A stretch of 64,000 nucleotides of DNA from contig BDGG01000010.1 in the NCBI GenBank assembly GCA_001949185.1, forward strand, positions 287,337-351,336, given 5' to 3'. The DNA comes from Ramazzottius varieornatus (taxonomy: Eukaryota; Animalia; Tardigrada). The translations under genes and the position numbers were made by a program. Under the pieces are notes generated by a model. That model was not told the origin of the DNA and made no database searches. It saw only the letters and a list, made by a program, of their open reading frames with translations. Shown here piece by piece: positions 17,801 through 29,661 of the stretch (the stretch's first letter is position 1; every line of letters starts with the position of its first letter).

Positions 17801-19385
17801 AGGTGGTGGAATGAATGGCGGAGGAGGTTACCCCGGACCAACCTACATGCCGGCCATGTACAGTCCTTACGGAGCACGACCAGGTGCGTTCAACTATGAG
17901 CCATACTACCCGTACCCTTACGCTAACCCTTATCCATACCCGTATCCATACTACGCGAGATAAGATGGGCGTACGGGGTCTTCTATACCTTGTCCAGGTA
18001 CAGATGGCATTTCTGTGCATTCCTACCATTTCGTACGTTAGAAAATGACCAGCTTGCAGACAATTCAGAACTTCGATATGACCAGTTCTACGAGGGTTAG
18101 ATTTTAGCACAGTTATCGGTCGATACCAGTCGATTACTACAACGTGAAAACTTCCAGTTTTCAGAGTTTATTTTGCTTACAATACCCCCATATAGCGCAA
18201 CTACAAGCGGAGTTGGTTGTCTTCCAGGTATGGGATACAATCCCAACGGTGGTGGTGGCGGTGGCGGTGGCGGACCGATGTACGGCGGCCAGCCGCCCTT
18301 CTCCACTGGTGGCGCTTCCCAGCTTCCTCACCCCATGCCCCATCCGCCAATGATGCACCCACGTAGCATCAGCGGTTCGCCTTTCAACCCAGCTGTGATG
18401 TACCCGACCTACCCGCCGGGACCCGATCCGACCAATGCATATCCCCAACCTATGCCAAACCACTACGGTTCGCCCTACCGTCCGCCAGCCGCGGAACCTC
18501 AGATGGAAGGTGCCGCTAACAACGGCTACCCGCTGCCCACGGCTAACTACTACCCCATGCAACAACCCATGGGCCAAATACCGCAGACGTACCCCATGAT
18601 GCAGCAACAGGCTCCGCATTATGCAAGCGGCGCGGCTAACCGGTTCAATATGGCCTATGCGGTACCTGCACGCCCAGGTAAAAAGCACTAACTTTATTGG
18701 GGTTAACCACTATTTTGTATTTTGCGCAAACCAAGTGTTTGGCAGTTTAAGCGAAATGCGTAGTGTGTAGTGCTTCGAATTCCGTCCATAGATATGAAAA
18801 CCAACAATCAAACTTGCTTCTGTTGAACTAGGTATGTCAATGCCGAATATGGCGGTGATGCCAGGTATGCCGAACGCTCCTTCGAACGGCATGCCGATGA
18901 ACGGTATGCCAGCCCAAATGCCCGGCTTTGTTGATCCGGAAGCCGAGTTTGAGGCGGGACGAGCTCACGAACCAACTCCAGCGCCTACACCTGGAGCCGC
19001 CGGTGCGCGCGCAGGAGCCCCACCCGGACCGGCTGCTGGTCTCAACTCATTCCCGCACGGAAGAGGTGGCGGTGGTAGTGGCGGAGCCGAAGGTGCCCCG
19101 CCACATCATCCGGCAGGTCCCATGATGATGCATCCGGACTTTGCCGGTGGGGAGAACGGGTCGGCTGTGACGAGCGCGACTCCGATATGGACGACCGCCA
19201 CCATCAGACCTATGGTTCCGGACGTCATTGTGCAGCGGTACCCAACGATCGAGGTGGTGGCTAATGAATCGGCGAGTAATGTACAGAGTAATGTCGTTAG
19301 TGGTGCGGCCTCGGCTTCACCGTCGTCCGCTTGGGTCAAGATCAACATAACGAACCCGAAAAGCCAGGTGATGAGTGTTCGGTAG
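14865..19385 (+). CDS. Secreted chitin-binding type-2 (CBM14/peritrophin-A) protein with two CBM14 domains and Gly/Pro/Met/Gln/Tyr-rich low-complexity regions (paralogue 1)
   Basis: Exons 14865-14943 (signal peptide), 15021-15121, 15186-15632, 16319-16670, 17230-17883, 18228-18677, 18832-19385, all phase-compatible. Six-Cys domains CVGRLPRLYQDPWMCTRYYWC...C...C...C and CEEGKLGLFGDNSKGCRTYYFC...CPSHLLFNDRLKTCDNPESVTC. Confidence 0.85.
16710..16908. mobile_element. Short TA-flanked MITE with CAC(GC)ACGA termini (intronic)
   Basis: About 45-bp imperfect TIRs CACACGAAGGGCAAGTTTGGAAGAGTAAAAAGTTTGAAACAGGCG and its reverse complement ending at 16908; TA on both sides. Confidence 0.75.
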
Positions 19386-19559
19386 CCGTTTTTTCACTCA
19401 TCTAGGCATTGGTTTCTCTCTTGCTGCTTTCTCTTATGCAGATATCTTGTTGTTGCTTTAATTTCCGCTCATTATTTACGGAATAAAGTTTGTCATTCAA
19501 AGCTTTGATGAAAGCGGGATTGCAGAAGCTTGGCTGCTAAAGCCAGGTTAACGCGCATA

Positions 19560-20343
19560 CAGGGTGATCCCTATAAGTTGGACGGGTTTTGGAAATTCGT
19601 GGTAAAATCGATTCTCCCTCTAATTTTTCATACGTAAGCTCATTCGATAGAACACGTCTTCATCTTCAATTTTTGTGAAGGTAACTTCAACAAAACAACG
19701 ATCGTTTGATTGTTGTGAGCTATGAAATCGTCATTTTACGGGTAAAAAGTAGGAACCTCAATTAGATTATTTGTATCTGACGCGTAAAACTACAAGGTTT
19801 CTCCATAAGATCGTTTTACGAAAGAAGTACGTTTGGACCAATTATCAAAAAACAAGCGGACGGTTCTTACACGCTGCCGACGGAGAAACAAAAACTACGA
19901 CAATCGATCCCAGAAAAACAGAAAACTATTGGCAAAAAATCAGTTTACGGAAAGTCATGATCGACGTTACCCTCGGGGAGGGGCTGAGCGAAAAACGCCC
20001 CAACCTTTGTCATTTTCCGGTCCGTTTTCGAAAGATTGTCAGTTTTCCGTCGGCATTCCGCGGTAGGGCTATCAAAAACAATTAATATAAACTTGAACTA
20101 AAAGAAAAGTGGCTGGAACCGCAAGTTCCGGGAAACTGTCAGAAATTTTTTCGAAAACGAGTTTTCCCAGCAAAACGGTTCTATTCGACGGTTTTATTCT
20201 GGAACACGACACCTCGACAACATTTTTACACTATTTTTATAATAGTTAGACATATCTGAAAACGAATTTTCGAAGAAGTGAAAGCACTGCTCTAATTTTT
20301 TTATTCAAGCTCGAAATCCGTCCAACTTATCGGGATCACCCTG
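19560..20343 (+). mobile_element. Tc1/mariner-type MITE (784 bp), family copy A
   Basis: TIR CAGGGTGATCCC(T/G)ATAAGTTGGACGG, with TA duplication on both sides. Confidence 0.88.
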
Positions 20344-21871
20344 TACCACAGTTGATGTTCAGGGCTACACTTGTTAAAGTCCATCGATTCGATCCCTTCC
20401 GCTTGCTGCCGCGAATCAAGACGGACGTCGCTTTTGGTACCAATTGACGAAGATAATGCAAGTTGTTCAGCAGTATCGCATCCTTGCTCATTGTTTTTTC
20501 TGACTGAAGAGGATATGTTCTCTTTGTTCTTCAGTCATCCATATTTCGGGTTTCGTACTAATCCTTGGTGGAACAGTGTTGTTATACGTACGGGATTTCA
20601 TCTGGTTTATGGGTGAGAGCCATTCAGGCAGTAGCACCATCTTCTTCTATATGGCGAAGTTCGGTGCTCTGGTGACGCATTGTATCAACACCTACAGCAC
20701 CATAGGATCGAAACGATCCCAAAACCACACTCTCCATCAAACTGCACCCTTGTTTCTTTACGAACCGTTCGCGGTTTTTTGCATTGCCGGAAAAATTTCT
20801 CCGTCCATGTGGTGAACTTGAAAGGGACACCGTCAGGATAAAACAACAGTTTGGAAGACAGGAAGTCTGACCAGTGGTGATTTCGTGGTTTAAATTTCCG
20901 AATTTTATTGTGACTTTAGTCAGACGGTGGATCTCTCCAGAAATAAATACAAGGGTGGAGGGATGACTCCGCTCCTAAATGCCGTGATCAGAGTTGGTCA
21001 GCTAACGAGCTCCCCTGCTTCACGTCCGAAATCTCAGATGCCTTAGAATGGGGCCTTTTGATAGTTTGAGCTGCTGGGTAATTTCGACCTCGGTCTCATC
21101 AAATAAACGGGAACTTTCGGAACTTGTCTCTCTGCCGGAGACCACCAACACATCGGAAACCGTTGACAAGTCCGGTTCGACGGCTTCGAGCCAGAAGGAA
21201 CTCTCGGGTTCGCCTTCGTCTGGAGCCAGTAACTAATCGGACATCATGGCGAACTTTCTTTCGATATTGTCCAGCCGCCCGAGTATTGATGTTGTGAATT
21301 AACCTTCTCATTCCACCGAGACCGGTCAGCGCATCCTAATCTGCCAAGTAACCCGAATCGTCGTCATATGCATCGGATCTTCCAAAGCTTCCTCGCAACA
21401 CTACCCAACGCTGCTAAGAAGCCCTCTTAGGTACTGTACATGTTGCATCTATTCCAACTTTCAAAGATTTCTGCCATTTTCTGGGTCTTTTCGTCGCATT
21501 ACGTCCGGCTAGCGCATCAGACGCGGATGAAGTCAAAAACGATCAAAACGTATAGTCTGCGCTGTCTGACCAAACATAACCATAAGCGACCAATGGCCAT
21601 GTGCCATGCCGGTAGCAGAAACCGAAGTCATTGATATTTACTGTCATCGTATGACAACGATCCCGTCTAATACAGTCTACGACAAAATAAGCTTTCAGAA
21701 GTGGGCGGAGCGTCTCAAATACGGATGAGGAATCAAAATCATTGTTAAGCCAATGGGCAAACTTGATTCGCTGTGTCCAGCTGGTTTCAGTCACAGCCAT
21801 TTTTGAAAGCTTATTTTGTCGTACACCGTACTATCAACATCACAGCAGGCTAACCACCGAACTTTTTGGAA

Positions 21872-23378
21872 CTAGCAAGTGGTCCTGACCACTGAAAAGG
21901 CCGAGCGAGAGCGAGTACATCAACCAAAGGGTACATTTATTCGATCACGTAAACCAGCTGGGCAAGGCTCTCAAAACCTTCTCACGGGTTTGTAACGATG
22001 GTGCTTGCTTTGGCTTGGCAGGTCGCATGCAGAACTCACGTACTGTACTACATTTCAAACTTTCAATCACCGCGCTCGACTGGCTTAGACTGTCCGTTCA
22101 GCTGAGGTTACGGAGACCGGGCAGAAAACAGTAAGGAGACTTCATCAAAAAAAGAGTGTGTGTCTGACTCACAGGCCCTTTTTTTGACACCGGGGCAGTA
22201 TGACCCTCCGCAGCCTTGCACGCTGGCTCTTCGCGCCTCCGTTGCTCGATCGCCCATTGCCCATCCAGTTCGACCGGGGCAGTCAGGTGGACGGTTGATA
22301 TCAAGGACTGCGTCTCCTGAACGCAGTTCCGGTTCGCACCCCGCGGGCTTCGCGCGTCCGAAGTGGCTGCGCCCGCTCAACCCCCTGCTCTCTCGCACTC
22401 TGGCGCTTCGCACCTCCGTTGCTCGGTCTCTGATTACACCGCCGGATCGGGCGGGGGCAGTCAATCGCTCGTAAGGGAGCGTTCATTAATGACGTCAGGT
22501 ACCGCGGGATGCGTGATCCCTTGGATTTTCGAACAATCCCTGACATGGGGTGGGGGATGGTCGGCAAAATCTGACGTAAGGCGTCCAAAAATATCAATTA
22601 ATTAGTAATTCGGTGACTCAGGAATTGAAGCTGGCGATAGCCTCCGTATATAGTTCATGGTAATTACTGAAAAAATCGGAAACAGCAGATTCCTGCACGA
22701 AGCAAACCCGGAGTTCTGTGAGGGGTGGATTGTGCATAGTCCATGACATTCTAAGCCAGTTCCACTTCCATACTGATACTTTCGCCCTATAAAATTTGGT
22801 TTGGAGGGGATGGGTCCTGGATTCTGGCATCAAGAGAATGTGTCTTCAGGTTTTGACAGTTCCTGACAAGGAAGGGGTGATGGATGGTACGAGCCCTTAA
22901 TATCAAAACCTGATGACGTCATTAATGAACGCTCCCTAGGTCGTAACTTATGTCGGCGATGGTTTTTGCGGCGGGCAAAGTTAGGACCGGCTCTTCGTAC
23001 CCTCACGGACGTGCGCTTCGCCATTTTTGGTGGAGCTGAAGTTCAATTGCGCTGACGACCACACAAATTTTAATCTAAGTTTGTGTGATACAGGGTTGCC
23101 AAATTGGCAATGCCAGTGGGTTTTGTGGGACGCTTCTGAAAACTGGCGAAGTTTTTCCAGTGGCCGGATGTTTTTCTCAGTGCGCCCATCGTGACAGGCG
23201 TATGGGGTTTGAGGGTGATTGCGAATAAAACGTTTTTGCAACCCCCAGGGGGGGAGGGGTAACTCGCGCATTGTTCTGCATAACGGGGTTTGTGATATTA
23301 GTCAGCTTCATCATTTCCGACACACATTGACATTCGACAGACCTACAAAGGACTCGCTTCGCTCGTTCTGATTAGCAA
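21872..23378 (-). mobile_element. Helitron/Helentron-like non-autonomous element containing nested insertions
   Basis: Minus-strand 3' end ...CTCGCTCGGCCTTTTC-AGTGGTCagGACCACT-TG-CTAG|T (hairpin plus CTAG) is shared with 60220. Inverted CTCGCTTCGCTCG motif at about 23354. Right boundary is approximate. Confidence 0.45.
22475..22936. mobile_element. PIF/Harbinger-like (Tourist-type) MITE (462 bp)
   Basis: Perfect 23-bp TIR GGGAGCGTTCATTAATGACGTCA; flanks TAA and TAG. Confidence 0.8.
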
Positions 23379-24441
23379 GAACTTCCACAGCTCATAGCGC
23401 ACAGCATCAAGCTGCATATCTCGCTCGCCGCACTCGACGAGTTTTCCTTATTCCATAGCCGGATTCTTTCTTTATTCTACGTCCATCAAAACTAACAGAG
23501 ACAATAAACAGAACTGGACAAAGTTACAGCAACTAGGCGCGTGTTAAGCGGCGCTAAAAGGGTTCGACGGTTCGTGCTGAATAGAGCGGAAAAGTGGTGC
23601 GCATACACTTGCGCACCACAGTGTACTGTGTTTAAGAGTACAGAAGGAATCTCTCAGGTCCAATGGGTTTGTTTAGGCAGCTTTTCACAACACAGTTCTC
23701 TCGATAAGAGCATTTTGAAATTGACCCGAAACCAATAGCCCTCATAGCGTATCGATTCGCATGTTCCCCCGCATTGTGGCGGGAGATGATGGGTACAGCC
23801 GGTCATTAGCGCTTGATTCGGCCAACGCGTGACCGTAATCAGATCTGCCCTATACGCAGATACCACTTTCATAGCACGTACCACGTACCGATTAATACCG
23901 CACTGATGTATGGTCTCTTGTCCCAAAGCGAATGCGGAGCTTACAGACCCAGTAACCATGAAGTACTTGACACGTACGACGAACTCCAGGTGTGCACCTT
24001 TAGCTTTGGATATCTGTGCTCTTGAAACGCAATTATTATGCCGGCGCACAATCCAATGCGAGATCACTTTCATCATCTGATCTACCGCGCGCGACATGCT
24101 ACGTGCGATATTTTATTTCTGGTTTCTCCCTAACTTTGCCGCACCGAAACTCTTCGTTGAAAACTGTTGGTCCCTTGCTGGTATCGTCGCAGATCGCTCC
24201 TATTCTTTACTCTGGACTACCTCCTTCCCCTCCTCCTCCCAATAGCACTCTGACCAGAGTACGTACCATCTTTCGCCCTTTCGCATTCTCTCGATTAGAG
24301 TTCCATTGAAGATCTCACAGCTGGAAAAAAATAGTATTCGGCTCCTGACTTGCTCCGTGGTACGTCCTGGTGAAATACGCTGGATAACAGGCTGATATGA
24401 ACTTATGCCGGTAATTTGCGATGGGGAACGCAACTGGGAAA

Positions 24442-27400
24442 ATGCAGGATTACTCCCATAAGCGCATTCTTCCTTGCTGGACATTAACAGTCTTTCTTCT
24501 TGTCGGTAAGCTAGCCTTCGCGTAACTTGAACCATATATCCAGTCGACAAATCCGGCAACGGCCATTGTTGACCATGGTAGCAGGATGCCGGTGCCTTGA
24601 AATTTACTTAGACATGTGTCCGCGCGGATACAGCTGGGCCAAGTTCACGTTTGTTTACTTGTCATCTACAGGGACAATTGTCAAGACGCTCTTGTTGACT
24701 GTCAGTCATGCCTCGGCCAGCTTCCACTGGACTGCAGGTTCTCACGCTACGATCCTTGATCCGTCACTTCCGCAGCTGGCACCTCTGCTTAGCAAAAACC
24801 TGCCACTTTCGTTTCGGGTAAATTACCATCACCAAAATTCCTCCAGTCTTCACTTCATGCGAAACCTTATCATAAATGAAACGTCATGATAAATTTCAAC
24901 GCGATAGATGCGACGACAAATCGGAGGAGATCCGTTTCGGTCGATATTCAAAGCCCCTTGCTTTGGACGATTTGGCTTCTTCGAGGATCCTTTTTCCTGT
25001 AGTCATTACCACCATTGCATGACCAACGGCACACATATCCGGAGAACCTGTATGCCACCGCTGCAGTTCAGTGAAGAACGACAGATGTGTGCAGAGCCAG
25101 GCACCGTTGGTATGTCCTAATCTCAAATATGTTTCTCTTATTCAACCAGAAAAGTGCCACCAAAGAATTCTCAAGCCAGCACAATAGTCATACGAGCACG
25201 TATCCAGTTCTTCATCGTTCTTCCGTACAGAGCAAGACTTTATTCTTTTTATTTTATCCTTTTTTCTACTCATCAGACTGCCCTGATCTACCGGACTTTT
25301 GGCTAGCCGCTGGAGCAGCTGCGGCAGTGTCCGGTTCGGCCGGCAGCGCTCCCTCAGCTCCTCACTCGCCATCTCCACCTTCCCATCCCAACGCTATTCA
25401 CAACACCCCGAACCACATGGCGCCATTCAGCGCTGCCTCGTCCAACAACCCTTTCTTAGCTCGTGGACCGACGTTCAACGCTCCCTCGCAACCTCCGGCT
25501 TCCGTCCACAGTCTGGTCAGTCCATTCCACCATCGCGGAGAGAGCAATCACCTCAGCGCCAGTGCAGCGGATGGTCCCAGCCCGGCAGGAAGCGCGACCA
25601 TGACTGACCGTGACCCTATGCTGTCACCCTCACGCTCAGCCGTACAGCTAACGAACGACCCCGGCTATATCACCACCTATAATAACCGCCGACATCACGC
25701 TGCATCGCCAAACGGTGTTAGACATGTCTCGCCTATGATAGCGGCCCCTAATGGTGTGCAGCCGGGAAATGTCCTCAGTACTGGCGGACATTTGCAAATG
25801 CTTCCTGGCACACCGCATCATTCCTCTTGGTGAGTTATACACGCCCCAATAAGAAACGTAAACAGAGAAGAAAAATGTCAAACGGTTCGTCAGCAGGTTT
25901 GGGAAACGGCTTTGATCCAACTGTCATCATAAAATCCGCAAGCAAATTTTTTGAAACGTCAGCGTTTTGGTTCGAGATTTCGAGTCGACCAGACAGCGAG
26001 CAGGACTTAGGACTCACACTGCTGCCGGTTCCAGTACGGTTTTGCGCGTGATGCAAAGCTGACTAAATGATGTGTTTGTCTTACAGGGATGCACAAAGCC
26101 GCGCTCCGGCGCATCGTCGCTACCCAAGCAGCCAAAACGCTCCTGTCGTTCACCACTCACAGTCCGGATCCTACTCCGATTTCAATAACCCGTCAAGCTC
26201 TTCCAGTGCCGCATCGCTCTTACACGCTCAACTGGCCCAACACAATAATGCGAATGGTGCATCTGACCCTTCTCACAGTCCAGCGGCCAGCAATGCCGCA
26301 CCACTGGGCGCACTCGATCTTCTCTACGGTCCACAATCCAAGATGCCGGAAACACCGCCGGATTCGGTCTTGGAGCGTTTGGGAATGCACGACGCCAACG
26401 TCAACACACAGCAAGTGATCCAAGCTGCCTTGGCGGGGAAGGGACCGGTGGACCCTTTGCATAAAATACTGTCGAACTTGATGCGTGGACCTGAGCATAC
26501 CAGTGGTAACCACGCCGCTGAACGAGGAAGTGGTGCCGGAGCGACGAACAGCGAAACCATTTGTGCACCACAGCAAAGAGGCTTCTTCGCCGATTTTGAA
26601 CATGACTGTAAAGGATATTACTTCTGTTCACCGTTCGGAGATCGAGCGGATTTCCGCTGTCCTGTGGGAAGATTTTACAGCGAAAAGACCGTCAGCTGCG
26701 AAACTCTCGAAAACAGTGAGTGCGCAACTAGACATAGCATGATGACAAACTACCTCTGGATCCAATATTACCGTAGAAAAAAGCGCAAATACTGGGCTTT
26801 CCACTGAATGAGGGTGTAAGTTAATCAGCAGATCTGCTTTTTGCACCTAGAATGGAATGGAGAGTTCGTACTGTATAATCACTGTTTGGCTTGGGGAATT
26901 GTCCTTTTTTCCTGTCTGACATCGTTGATTTGCAGGCAGCTGTGCGACACCAACACCGGTTATCTCACCGCCTCTCGACGGTTCCGCACCGCAGTTTGGA
27001 ATACCTTATAGTCACGCGACTCCTGACGCAGCCTCTGAGTTCGGCAGCCACCTGTCACAACAGCAGCAAGTGGCCTCCGGTGCCAGCTCCGGTAATAAGG
27101 CCATTGTGATGCGAGGCGGTCTTCAGCCGTCTGCAGGCATGTACCACCAGCCATATCCGCAGACACCGGCTGTCTACAACTCGGACATCTCCGCTGGCCA
27201 AGGTCTGGACGCTCACTTACTTGCTCATCTGCGGTCCAATCAGCCGGCACCTGCTCCGAACGGCCAGCCCGACCAAGGTCCCGCTGTTCCGTCCAATGGA
27301 CAATGGCCGTCCAATCCAGCTCCGCCAGCCATGAATTATCCAGGTAAGTGAGACGGTTTCCCTAAATTGGGGCTATGCCAGTTAATCAACTGTTATGCCT

Positions 27401-28202
27401 ACCAAAAAGAAGGGCGTAACAAGTTGTGAAAATCGTGTAAAAAAACGCCGGTCACCAGTGTGTGGACGAAGTACGTTCCGCTTCACTTGTGATAATTATC
27501 CGGACACAATGGGATCTCTTGCAACGGGAGGCAATTTCGTGGAATAGAGAGAGAGCACTGCCATCGAACTAATTTTTGTTTGTTTCAACAGGCTACCCTT
27601 ACCCGATGTTACCACCACCAATGCCTGGAGGATACGGTCCTTTCAACTCCCACTATCCCAACGCAGTTGAGACAAAGAAGGTTAACGCTATGCCTATCAA
27701 AGACGCACCACTATCCGACACTCCGTCCGACAGTCCGTCCGACCTGCCTTCCGACGTCTCACCGGTCCCGGAACCTTCCACGTCAGCCACAGTCTTCGGC
27801 GCACTAGAGTCCAAGCTTCGCAGTTCCTGGAAGAGCCTAGCGGGAATATCGGTGGACACGGAGCCTGTTCCACCGGTCGACGTTGCGTCTCCTGTCAACA
27901 CCACCTTGGCTACCATCAGACCGAAGACCGTTCCCGCCGTGACGACAACGTTGACGTCCATTCCAGCATTGAACAGTACGGAAGAGATGATGGCGGCGGA
28001 GTCGGTAGATACCGCAAACTCCATTGTTGTCCCGATGGCCAGCTCCATGTCCAAAGCTTTCGACAACGCTCGGTATATGCAAGCCCAAGCCGCAGCGAGG
28101 TCCGCAGCGCTGAAGGCGTTCCGATCTGCAAAGTACGTCGACAGGAAAAGAACCCCGAATCTGAAACTGCTAGATGAATTGAGTGGAATCACCACAGCAT
28201 AG
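24442..28202 (+). CDS. Secreted CBM14/peritrophin-A protein with two chitin-binding domains and Ser/Pro/Ala/His-rich linkers (paralogue 2)
   Basis: Exons 24442-24505 (signal), 24672-24817, 24908-about 25109, about 25277-25830, about 26087-26715, 26936-27343, about 27591-28202. Domains CFGRFGFFEDPFSCSHYHHC...C...C...C and CAPQQRGFFADFEHDCKGYYFC...CPVGRFYSEKTVSC...C. Confidence 0.85.
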
Positions 28203-28311
28203 ATTCAAAGGTTCCTTGTACTTCGATTCTCTTCTTTCTTTATTTTTTTCTGCATCATTTACGTGCACCGGACCGCGCAGGCCTATTCCAGAGTTCGGAG
28301 CTCCGTGTCTA

Positions 28312-29032
28312 CAGGGTCATCCCTATAAGTTGAACGGATTTTGATCTTAAATAGAAAAATGAGCGATGCTTTTACTTCTCTGAAAATTCGTCCCCTGCTG
28401 CGCCTAACAACCAGAAGCGTTTTGTAGAAGTATTGTAGAGATGTCGTGCTCCAGAAGGACCAGGGCGCTGAAGACCTGAACTGTGTGGAAAACACATCGC
28501 GAAACCAAAATGCAGTGCACTTCAGGATGGTTCGTTCGCGGGCGGAACATTTTAGAACATTGTTGCTAATGTTATTCCGCTGGAAAACCATTCTAAATCC
28601 AGTATTGATAGAAAGACATCGTTTTCGAGTTCGTGCACATTGTTGGGTCTGTGAGCGACAATATTGTTGCTAACTCAAGGGGTAAGCAAAATTTTTCGAG
28701 TATTTTTTGAATTATTTTCATTTTTCCCGTCCTCAGCGTGTTAGAGCTGTCTGTTTATTTTTAATGATTAGTTCCAGCGTAATCCTTTCATAAAACAACT
28801 TTATCACGAAACGTGGTAGGTTTGCCCGTAAAATTTAAATAATTTACTGAAGTTTCCAGTTTTTTCCTCTAAAATGCCTGATTTTTCATAGCTGACAACA
28901 ATCAAACGATCATTGTTTTTTTAGGAGACCTTCATAAAAGCAGAAGATGAATACGTGCTCTATCGAATTAGCTGAAATTTAGTGATTTTACCACGAAATC
29001 CAAAATCCATCCAACTTATAGGGATCGCCCTG
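28312..29032 (-). mobile_element. Tc1/mariner-type MITE, family copy B (inverted relative to copy A)
   Basis: Termini CAGGGTCATCCCTATAAGTTG...CAACTTATAGGGATCGCCCTG. The reverse complement of its right ~200 bp aligns with the left ~200 bp of copy A. Confidence 0.85.
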
Positions 29033-29661
29033 CAAAAGGTGCTTAAGGTCGAAGGACGTGAGAAAATAAATAGGCAGAAGGCAGTGCGTTGACAAACTGA
29101 ATCAGAATCTGATTATCCAACCGAATCCAGTGGAGAATTCGATGTAGCACAGTCAGGGTTGCTGAATTAACGTTCGCAAGCGGTTTGCGTGCTTCCGTGC
29201 GTGGATTGTTTAGAATGCATCCGCAGTGACGTCGCGCGCACAGGTTCAGCTGGGCACGGCTGGCAGTAGCGACGCAGCCGTTGCAATGGAATTGAATGGA
29301 TACGAATACGAGCAATTTAGTTAGTGGCTTACTCGATCTTCGAGTCGTATATTTACGATAATTTTATTTAAGAGAACAAACGATGATGTTGGACCAGAAA
29401 AAGCTGCGTTACCTGGGTAAAGTGTCATGGACTCATGGCCACACCGGGAATGTACAGAGAAAAATCAGCTGGTCCAGCCGTTTCGAACTAGTCAACGGAA
29501 GCGAAACACGCTTTTCCATATTCAAACAAAAGGATTAATTTGGTACAGTCCACTCTTGGCACATACTGATTATCGACAGCGGAACTCACCAGCTGAATTC
29601 AGCGGATTCCAACAAACTACCCTGCTGGAGATACAATCGTCGGTTATGACGATCTTGCTCA

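Noticed and set aside
20371-21800. Coding-like, interrupted minus-strand frames (MAVTETSWTQRIKFAHW...)
   Set aside because: Possibly a decayed gene or TE, but no family could be recognised.
22098-22605. Overlapping GC-rich ORFs
   Set aside because: By-products of GC-rich repeat sequence inside mobile elements.
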